Assembly: GCA_048938445.1 (NCBI GenBank)
Contig: JBHLME010000126.1
Location: 1-12,895, forward strand
Direction of reading: 5' to 3'
Source of the DNA: Promethearchaeota archaeon
GTDB lineage: Archaea > Asgardarchaeota > Lokiarchaeia > Sigyniarchaeales > SOKP01
Length of the DNA stretch: 12,895 bases
Shown here: positions 1-7,008 of the stretch, piece after piece
Position numbering within the stretch: the first letter of the stretch is position 1
How the letters are laid out: each line of letters begins with the position of its first letter
Made by a program: the position numbers and the translations under genes
Notes under the pieces: model-generated
Seen by the model: the letters and a program-made list of their open reading frames with translations, nothing else
Told to the model about the DNA's origin: nothing
Database searches by the model: none

Positions 1-5
1 CATAA

Positions 6-13
6 TTTATATA
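6..13 (+). promoter_or_regulatory. Candidate archaeal TATA box for 67..1302
   Basis: TTTATATA lies about 55 nt upstream of the ATG. The AT-rich background makes chance matches likely. Confidence 0.35.
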
Positions 14-66
14 TATTTTAAAGGAATGCTAACATAATTACTTATTAAAACCAATGGGAATATAAA

Positions 67-1302
67 ATGAATATTAAGGATATAGAAGCAATTAGTAAAA
101 AGTACGCAAACTTGTTAATAAAAGAGGGATACACCCAGATTGAGGAACTACTAAATTTAACAAAAAGCCAAATGTCAAAGTTAGCAAAAAAAACTGGAAT
201 CCCAGTAAGAATGATAGATACATTTCAAGAACTAGCTGATTTAATGAGGATAGACGGTGTAGGAGACAAAATTGCGAACGTGTTAAATAAAATTGGGATT
301 GATTCAGTCAAAGAGTTTGCTCAAAGAAATGCTAAGAATACATTAGACAAAATGAAAGAATTTAAAGATGAATTAGCTGGAAAATTGCCAACTTTGAATG
401 ATGTAAAAGATTGGATTCAACAGGCAACAGCACTATCATTAGGAACAACACCAAAAAAGAAAACAACACCAAAGAAAACAACACCGAAGAAGGAACCATC
501 AAAAAGGCCTGAAGGAGATTATGGACCTGACTATTGGAATAATAAATATCAAAAGGCACCTATTATATATACGGGGAGGGCTTTAAGAGGACAGGATTAT
601 TATAAACAAATTGATGCAGATGTTAAGTCATTCATTAAAAAGAATGATGCTATTCTCTTTCATGTCATTGATCAAGCACAATTAAAAAAAGGAACATTTA
701 ATAAAACAGCATTAGCTATACAAGATTTTGTAAACGGTTTCCTTAAATATAAATTTGATGAAGAAACATCAGACTGTCCTGAATTTTGGCAGTTTCCTTT
801 TGAATCAATTCAATCTGGGATTGGAGATTGTGAGGATGGAGCGATCTTAATCGCTAGTTTACTAATCAACGCTGGAATTCCATCTTGGAGAGTTAAGGTC
901 GCTGGAGGAGGTGTTTTACCAGATCCTGTGTTTGCTCCATCTGAAACTGAATTGGGAGGTCATGCTTGGTGTATATATTTAGCTGATAGGTCTGATTCTA
1001 AACGTGGATTAGAATGGGTTATCCTAGACTGGTGTTATGCACAGGATCCAGATGTGCCAATTGAGGAAAAACCATTAGCAAAAGACGGAGGCCAACAGGG
1101 AGGGTATAAAGAAACATGGTTTACATTTAACGATGAATATAGTTGGGCCTTGGATTTAACTCAAATTCCAACAGGAAGAATAAGTAATAATAGAACGACA
1201 AAAAAAGATGAAGTTTTAATAAAAATGGAAGATCTAATGAGAAACTTCGCAAAAGAACAAATGTTAAAAGTATTCGAAAAATACGGAATTAAAATAGACT
1301 AA
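67..1302 (+). CDS. DUF4332-like HhH domain fused to a transglutaminase-like (BTLCP/LapG-type) cysteine protease domain
   Basis: The N-terminal ~120 aa show the DUF4332 pattern (LAKKTGIP...LADLMRIDGVG...LNKIGIDSVKEFAQRN...LPTL..VKDWIQQA). The C-terminal part has FWQFPFE...GDCEDGAIL (Cys255), GHAW (His299) and ILDW (Asp321), a papain-like/transglutaminase triad. No signal peptide is visible. Confidence 0.85.
   Translation: MNIKDIEAISKKYANLLIKEGYTQIEELLNLTKSQMSKLAKKTGIPVRMIDTFQELADLMRIDGVGDKIANVLNKIGIDSVKEFAQRNAKNTLDKMKEFKDELAGKLPTLNDVKDWIQQATALSLGTTPKKKTTPKKTTPKKEPSKRPEGDYGPDYWNNKYQKAPIIYTGRALRGQDYYKQIDADVKSFIKKNDAILFHVIDQAQLKKGTFNKTALAIQDFVNGFLKYKFDEETSDCPEFWQFPFESIQSGIGDCEDGAILIASLLINAGIPSWRVKVAGGGVLPDPVFAPSETELGGHAWCIYLADRSDSKRGLEWVILDWCYAQDPDVPIEEKPLAKDGGQQGGYKETWFTFNDEYSWALDLTQIPTGRISNNRTTKKDEVLIKMEDLMRNFAKEQMLKVFEKYGIKID
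445..492 (+). repeat. Three imperfect coding tandem repeats (ACAACACCRAARAAR) encoding TTPKKK-TTPKK-TTPKK
   Basis: Read directly: acaacaccaaaaaagaaa acaacaccaaagaaa acaacaccgaagaag, in frame within 67..1302. Confidence 0.9.
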
Positions 1303-1306
1303 TATT

Positions 1307-1358
1307 ATTTCAAATTTCTGTTTTTACTTTTTTATGTCGTTTGTTTTTTTTATTTTTT
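1307..1358 (+). terminator. Oligo-T tract, probable archaeal-type terminator
   Basis: Several T4-T8 runs immediately follow the TAA at 1302. Confidence 0.45.
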
Positions 1359-1460
1359 AAAAAAATATTATTAAATAAGATAAGTTTCTTTTAATTCTTT
1401 GATTAGAAAAAACTTGTTTGAAAAACATTAGATAATTATTAGGATTAATTTTTTCTTTAA

Positions 1461-2957
1461 TTGAATAAGATATTTTGCAAGAATAAGAATATTAAGAAGA
1501 TGCAAACTAAAAATACTACTTTTTATCCCAAACGGTGTACATTCTTAGTCGATACTAATAATCTAATAGATTTTCAGATGATTGAGAGAATTATCGAAAA
1601 ATTTGATAATAAAAGTATTGAAAGATTAAATGAAGTTATAAATGGGATAAAATTCTATGTGGGTGGAAATCATTGGCATGTTAATGAAAAAGGCTATATA
1701 AAATATCCCGCATTCGAATTTAATTTTAATAATGGAACTCTTCTAATTTTTCTTTATAAAATCTTTAATTTGGGTTTTCTCAGATGGAGAAATATGTTAT
1801 ATGGGGCACTAAGAAGATTTATTTGGGAGTCTTTTTGTCATGAAGTTATCATGAGTTTAGTACATATAATAAAACTTAATTTAAATTTAGCCGAAATTGC
1901 AAAAGAATATTATCTTAATGATGAAAATGAATTTACCCAAAAATTTATAAGCGAATTATTTAATTATGAAGAGAATTTTCCCCTAAGAGTTAATTTCATC
2001 GCAATAAACAATAGTCTTTGGCATGAATCAATACCAAAATTAGGATTCTTAGATTTATTATATAGGAGGAAAATGAATCAATTAAAAAATACTATAAATT
2101 CCCGAAATTCAAATAGATTTCTAAAAATCAAGTTTTTCAATGAATTACGAAAAATTAAGTTGAATTATGATTATGAATACAATTTTAGTGAATTAATAAA
2201 TTATTGTATTCATAACAATCACTTTGAAACATTATTTAGATATAATTGGGAATTTTACGATAAATTTCGTAGAGAATTCTATTATAAAGCTAAAAGGTTA
2301 ATCTTAAAATTTTTTAAGCAATATGAGATTAACCATAGGTTAAAAGAATATAAAGATTCAGCCAATCGAACGCATTATTTTCTTACTCATCAAACATTTG
2401 AGCGAGTAAAAAGTACATGTTTACAGATATGTATAGCAAAGTTAAAGAATCAAATCTTAGAAGAATATGAATCATTTAAAAATTTTTATTCTTTGTGTCC
2501 TATTTGTCAAAAAGAGAATCTTAACCATATTAATTGCGAGAAATTTTATTTTTACTCTAAATTTACCTTTTTTAAAAATGTTTTGCTTGAAAAAATGAAT
2601 AAGGTTAATCATTTAGAAGAGTTAAACGATGATGAATATTATTTTGGCATACCCTGTGAAGATTGTTATAAAATTGTTCGTAATATTCAAGGAAAGTTCT
2701 CTGATTTAGATCAAATCCAAAAATTTATTTTAAATTATAGAATCTGCCCGATTTGTGGTACAAAGAATCACGATAATTATCTTCTAGAATTCTATTACGA
2801 TAATTCTAAAATTGATTTGAGAAATAATTTAATCCAATTTATGGATTTTAGCAGAAGAATGAAAAATATTAAAGTAAATTTCGGAATACCCTGCTGTACT
2901 TGCTTTACTAAGATTTTTGGAGAGATTCCAGAATATAATCTAAATCATTTTTTTTAA
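1461..2957 (+). CDS. Uncharacterised protein with two tandem C-terminal CxxC-x(45-49)-CxxC (GIPC) putative Zn-binding modules
   Basis: 498-aa uninterrupted ORF in very AT-rich DNA. It contains CPIC...FGIPCEDC and CPIC...FGIPCCTC. The true start may be the ATG at 1500 (MQTKN) rather than the TTG at 1461. Confidence 0.8.
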   Translation: MNKIFCKNKNIKKMQTKNTTFYPKRCTFLVDTNNLIDFQMIERIIEKFDNKSIERLNEVINGIKFYVGGNHWHVNEKGYIKYPAFEFNFNNGTLLIFLYKIFNLGFLRWRNMLYGALRRFIWESFCHEVIMSLVHIIKLNLNLAEIAKEYYLNDENEFTQKFISELFNYEENFPLRVNFIAINNSLWHESIPKLGFLDLLYRRKMNQLKNTINSRNSNRFLKIKFFNELRKIKLNYDYEYNFSELINYCIHNNHFETLFRYNWEFYDKFRREFYYKAKRLILKFFKQYEINHRLKEYKDSANRTHYFLTHQTFERVKSTCLQICIAKLKNQILEEYESFKNFYSLCPICQKENLNHINCEKFYFYSKFTFFKNVLLEKMNKVNHLEELNDDEYYFGIPCEDCYKIVRNIQGKFSDLDQIQKFILNYRICPICGTKNHDNYLLEFYYDNSKIDLRNNLIQFMDFSRRMKNIKVNFGIPCCTCFTKIFGEIPEYNLNHFF

Positions 2958-2988
2958 TTTAATTTCTAAGAAAAGAAGGAGAATAAAT

Positions 2989-4371
2989 TTATTTAGAATT
3001 TTCATTCTTCAAAATTGTCGCTATAGACATTCCGAATCCAACACACATGGCACTAATTGCAAATTCTTTCCCTGTTTTTTCTAATTGGAGTAAGTTTGTT
3101 CCAATTAATCTGCATCCTGTCATTCCTGTCGGGTGACCAAGTGCAATAGCTCCACCCCAAGGATTAAATCTTGGATCGTTCCAATCTATCCCTAATTCTT
3201 TACAACAAGTCCATACAACAGGACTAAAAGCTTCGTTGATTTCGATAAAAGCCATATCATCAAATGTTAAGTTAGCACGCTTTAAAGCTTCAGGCATAGC
3301 TTTAACTGGACCATCTAACATTATCACAGGATCACTACCGATGATAGCAAAATTTAAAATGGTAGCTCTAGGTTTAAAACCTAATTCCTCAGCTAATTCT
3401 CTCGTCATCCAGATTTGGGCTCCAGCACCATCACTTGTAGGACAACTGTTTCCAGCCGTTAAAAAGGCTTGACTTTTACGCCCTACTATTGTTTTTAATT
3501 TTGATAATACTTCCATGTTGGTAGTTGGGCGAGGTCCCTCGTCTCGAGATGTTAATACAGAGAGCCTTTCATCTTGAGCAACATTATTATTTTCATCAAG
3601 CATAGGTTTTCCGTTTTCGTCAATTTTTGGGCACCAAATAGGTTCGATTTCTTTAGCTCTATCATCCCATGTGCTACAGGCTTTTTGATGAGAAAGTAAT
3701 GAAATCTGATCTAATTCTTGTTTAAATTCATCTCGATATTCACCTTTAAATTCATTCATTGATATCCCTTTATGTTTACTATAATAATGAACACCTAAAA
3801 CATGAGCAGAATTAATTTGTCCAGATAGAGAGGTTTTTAATTCTTTTAATTTAGCAGCAACTTCAGGATTAGTTAATATCTTTTTATTTGGTGCAATCAT
3901 TATGGGTTTTCCTAAGTTTTCATCAAATACATATGCATCCGCCATAATGGGATATTTGTTTTGAATTTCGATACCACCACATATAACAGCATCGTGAGTA
4001 CCGCAAGCGATAGCTTGCCAGGCTGAGAGAATTGCCTGAGTACCACTGGCACAATGTCGATTTATTGACATACCTGGAACACTCACAGGTAAATGTGCAC
4101 TTAAAGCAGTATTTCTACCAATATCCATTGCACATTCACCTATCTGACTATTACAGGAAACAATCGAATCGCCAATAATACTTTTATCAAAATTATTTCG
4201 TTTTAAAAGCGTTTCGTAGCAATGTATAATCAAATCATCGCCCCGATGTCGTACGATGGTCCCTCTTCTCTTTCCAATAGGCGTCCTAACATAGTCAATT
4301 AAAACAGGTTCGCGCTTTGGATCCTTAAAATACTTCTCATATATACTTACAGGTTCAACCATAAAATACAC
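2989..4371 (-). CDS. Thiolase (acetyl-CoA C-acyltransferase), catalytically intact
   Basis: Motifs RTPIGK, INRHCASG (nucleophile Cys107), DEGPR, TAGNSCPTSDGA, EINEAF, NPWGGAIALGHP and MCVGFG are present. The start is probably the ATG at 4362 (MVEP). Confidence 0.95.
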   Translation of the reverse strand: MYFMVEPVSIYEKYFKDPKREPVLIDYVRTPIGKRRGTIVRHRGDDLIIHCYETLLKRNNFDKSIIGDSIVSCNSQIGECAMDIGRNTALSAHLPVSVPGMSINRHCASGTQAILSAWQAIACGTHDAVICGGIEIQNKYPIMADAYVFDENLGKPIMIAPNKKILTNPEVAAKLKELKTSLSGQINSAHVLGVHYYSKHKGISMNEFKGEYRDEFKQELDQISLLSHQKACSTWDDRAKEIEPIWCPKIDENGKPMLDENNNVAQDERLSVLTSRDEGPRPTTNMEVLSKLKTIVGRKSQAFLTAGNSCPTSDGAGAQIWMTRELAEELGFKPRATILNFAIIGSDPVIMLDGPVKAMPEALKRANLTFDDMAFIEINEAFSPVVWTCCKELGIDWNDPRFNPWGGAIALGHPTGMTGCRLIGTNLLQLEKTGKEFAISAMCVGFGMSIATILKNENSK

Positions 4372-4560
4372 TTCTTATAAATTTTTGATAAGTAACTAGA
4401 TTTTATCTAAGAATTTTAAATATTAGATTTAAAATAATAATTTTGCTTATAATATTAAAGTTAATTGACTTAAATGTAATGAATCATTCAGCTTTACAAA
4501 ACAATTATTAACATAAACAAATATTCAAATGATTAAATTTAGTAAAATGATGATAATTAG

Positions 4561-4575
4561 GAAAAAATATAAATA
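4561..4575 (+). promoter_or_regulatory. Candidate BRE + TATA for the PAP2 gene
   Basis: GAAAAAA is directly followed by TATAAATA, about 65 nt before the start. Confidence 0.4.
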
Positions 4576-4641
4576 TCTGAGGTTCTACTAAATTAAAGTC
4601 TAAGAATAATATTATTTCGCATAACCAAAATCGAATTAAAC

Positions 4642-5280
4642 TTGTCAGATAAAAATTCTTCAATGGGAATAATTCAAAGAATCAACGATTGGGATCAAAA
4701 AACTTTTTTGAAGTTCTATAAGAATAAATTTCTAAAAGGTAAAAAAATTATTTTATTTGCCAAAGTATTCTCATTCTTTGCCAATATGCAATTTTGGGGT
4801 GTATTATGGCTCATTTGGGCAATTTATGGGTATATTACTAAAGATTATTATCTTTTTGTATTATTTACTGGCGGATTTATTCAAAGCATAATCCTTCATA
4901 TAATTATTCGATATAAAATTGTTAAAAGACACCGACCTTATATAAAATTACAAGAGAAAGGAGTTGAACAACGAGATGAATTAATTAGAGAACATAAATC
5001 ATTCCCATCCGGACATGTAACCTTCTTTTTGTTTTTTGGGATAATTTTTGCTTTTTTCTTCCAAAATTGGATAATTTTATTAATTTTTATCTTATTAGAT
5101 ATAATCGTGGCAATAACTCGTCTGATATTAGGAGCTCATTTTCCCACTGATGTACTATTTGGATTCTTATTTGGTATTGGTTATGGACTTTTATATCTAG
5201 GTTTAACATGTATTTTTTGGGTGTATTTTTTCTATTGGTTAGGTGAAACTTTTTCACCAATAATTCATTTTTGGTTATAA
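4642..5280 (+). CDS. PAP2-family integral membrane (lipid) phosphatase
   Basis: Motifs R-x5-RHRP (C1), SFPSGH (C2) and TRLILGAHFPTDV (C3) plus several hydrophobic TM segments. An alternative start is the ATG at 4663. Confidence 0.93.
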   Translation: MSDKNSSMGIIQRINDWDQKTFLKFYKNKFLKGKKIILFAKVFSFFANMQFWGVLWLIWAIYGYITKDYYLFVLFTGGFIQSIILHIIIRYKIVKRHRPYIKLQEKGVEQRDELIREHKSFPSGHVTFFLFFGIIFAFFFQNWIILLIFILLDIIVAITRLILGAHFPTDVLFGFLFGIGYGLLYLGLTCIFWVYFFYWLGETFSPIIHFWL

Positions 5281-5820
5281 TTAATGATACCATTCGGTAA
5301 ATTCTTCTAAAGCCTTTCTTTCTCTCGAACCTTCTCTTTGTAATTTAATTGAATCTTTATCTATTTCACCGATAGCTATTACTCCCATTAACTCATATTT
5401 TTTTGGATTTAATTTGAATATATCGTTAACTTTTTCTTTTTGGTTTAATATTGATCCTATCCAAACGCCACCTAGATTCAGAGCGTGAACTCCTAGAAGA
5501 ATATTTTGCATAAATGCTCCTATTGATTGAATATCTTTAACTCTATCATATACCTTTTCTAAATCCAAAAATACTACAAAATTTACATAAGCATTTTCTA
5601 TTATGTCGCCATTGTGAGTTAGTTGAGCTAGCATTTTTTTAACTGCGGGATGAATTACCACATTAACACGCCATGCTTGATTATTAAGACCCGAAGGACT
5701 CCAGCGTCCACATTCCAAGATTTCTAATATTATTTCTTTTTGAATTTTACTTTCAACAAATTTCCTAATACTTCTTCTTGATTTAATAAATTCTAAAAAT
5801 TTTTTTGAATCACTTTCCAT
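5281..5820 (-). CDS. Nitroreductase family FMN-dependent oxidoreductase
   Basis: Motifs IKSRRSIRKF, WSPSGLNNQAW, QNILLGVHALNLGGVWIG, IAIG and C-terminal RKALEE. Confidence 0.95.
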   Translation of the reverse strand: MESDSKKFLEFIKSRRSIRKFVESKIQKEIILEILECGRWSPSGLNNQAWRVNVVIHPAVKKMLAQLTHNGDIIENAYVNFVVFLDLEKVYDRVKDIQSIGAFMQNILLGVHALNLGGVWIGSILNQKEKVNDIFKLNPKKYELMGVIAIGEIDKDSIKLQREGSRERKALEEFTEWYH

Positions 5821-5842
5821 AAATTTAATTAGTTTCTTATGA

Positions 5843-5850
5843 ATTTATAA
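5843..5850 (-). promoter_or_regulatory. Candidate TATA box for a leaderless nitroreductase transcript
   Basis: TTATAAAT on the minus strand ends about 23 nt before the ATG at 5820, and no SD motif is present. This is the spacing expected for an archaeal leaderless mRNA. Confidence 0.4.
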
Positions 5851-6026
5851 TTTTAATCATTTCTTATCTAATGAAATCATCAAAACTAAAGTGTTAAAAA
5901 GCAGAATAATTTTTATAACGAATAATGTTTAATAGTAATTATATATTATAAAAAGTTGAAAAAACAAATCCAAGTTGTTTGAAAGAAATATAATTGTTTA
6001 GATGATGTTTAATTAATATATAAATT

Positions 6027-6032
6027 GGAGGT
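6027..6032 (+). promoter_or_regulatory. Shine-Dalgarno site for 6041..6268
   Basis: GGAGGT lies 8 nt upstream of the ATG. Confidence 0.7.
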
Positions 6033-6040
6033 AATAACTA

Positions 6041-6268
6041 ATGGGAAAAATTTTTCATAGATTTTTATTAATATTAGGAATATTTATCGCTTTTATGTGT
6101 ACGATTACTTTTTTTATGAATGGTGGTATAAGAAAATGGGATGAACTAATTTGTATAAATCTTATTAGATATACATTATGTACATCTTTTCTGATATTTA
6201 TGATAACCTGGATTGCTTCAATGGTTATTATCTTTTTTGCGATTTTAATGATTAAAGGTGAGTTATAG
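6041..6268 (+). CDS. Small hypothetical membrane protein (75 aa, two predicted TM helices)
   Basis: Strong SD, ATG start, two long hydrophobic segments around a short polar loop (NGGIRKWDE). It occupies an otherwise empty 650-nt gap. Confidence 0.65.
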   Translation: MGKIFHRFLLILGIFIAFMCTITFFMNGGIRKWDELICINLIRYTLCTSFLIFMITWIASMVIIFFAILMIKGEL

Positions 6269-6468
6269 TAGTACTGAAAATAATTTTTAAAAATTAATAT
6301 TTAATCATTTCAAAATTCTTTTCCAATATCTAATAGTATTGAATAAATAATTAAAATTGATAACTACGTCTGAAAAGAGTACAAATAGTTGCATTAAAAT
6401 TAGAATAAATAACAAATATAAAAATAAAATAATTTAGATATGAAAAGTAAAAATTAGTTTATTATATA

Positions 6469-7002
6469 TTAGTCTAAATCATCCGCATCATCTTCTATTT
6501 TATCGTAATATTCGATGTCCATAAGACCTCCTGTCCTTTCGTCTCTCCAATGAACTTTAACTGGCATATTTATATAGGTTCCCTTGACATCAATATTCGG
6601 AGCTAATTCAGCTACAGAACAAGTATCTGCGCCATCATGCTGAACTAAAACCATTGGTTTTTCTTCCGTTTCACCCGTATCAGGATTCTTCAAATAAGCA
6701 ATTCCATAAGTAGACACATTTGCAGTTTCTCGAATATCTACCCATCTATCAGGTTTTAATAAGCATTCCCCGCAAACTTGTCTAGGAGGGAAAAAGATTC
6801 TATTACATCCAGAACATCGATTTCCAACAAGTTTTTTGTCTTTTAACTTCTTTAAGAAAGGTTGCATATGAGTAATATTAAATCTAAATTTATAACTGGA
6901 TAAATACCAAGCACCAGGCATCGTACGTGTTCTGATATAGTCTTTTTTAATATATTCTAATGCTTTTCTTTCTGTCCTTTGCGACAACTTTTTTTCTGAC
7001 AT
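6469..7002 (-). CDS. DUF35 family Zn-ribbon/OB-fold protein (ChsH2-C/Rv3521-like thiolase-fold partner)
   Basis: KLVGNRCSGC...FFPPRQVCGEC Zn ribbon, then an OB fold ending MPVKVHWRDERTG. SD GGAGGT at 7011-7016. Confidence 0.92.
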   Translation of the reverse strand: MSEKKLSQRTERKALEYIKKDYIRTRTMPGAWYLSSYKFRFNITHMQPFLKKLKDKKLVGNRCSGCNRIFFPPRQVCGECLLKPDRWVDIRETANVSTYGIAYLKNPDTGETEEKPMVLVQHDGADTCSVAELAPNIDVKGTYINMPVKVHWRDERTGGLMDIEYYDKIEDDADDLD

Positions 7003-7008
7003 TTTATT

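Noticed and set aside
362-559. 65-aa minus-strand ORF with a hydrophobic stretch
   Set aside because: It is an antisense shadow of 67..1302. The apparent TM segment is just the reverse complement of the Lys-rich repeat.
1413-1428. TTGTTTGAAA shared with 5975-5984
   Set aside because: It is a short AT-rich match between functionally unlinked genes, which is insufficient evidence for a shared operator.
3236-3472. 78-aa plus-strand ORF
   Set aside because: It is fully antisense to the well-supported thiolase and has no motifs.
4405-4428. Inverted repeat ATCTAA-N12-TTAGAT upstream of the thiolase
   Set aside because: The 6-bp AT-rich arms are expected by chance here, and I found no matching copy upstream of the other lipid genes.
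5087-5293. 68-aa minus-strand ORF
   Set aside because: It is antisense to the PAP2 catalytic region and has no recognisable features.
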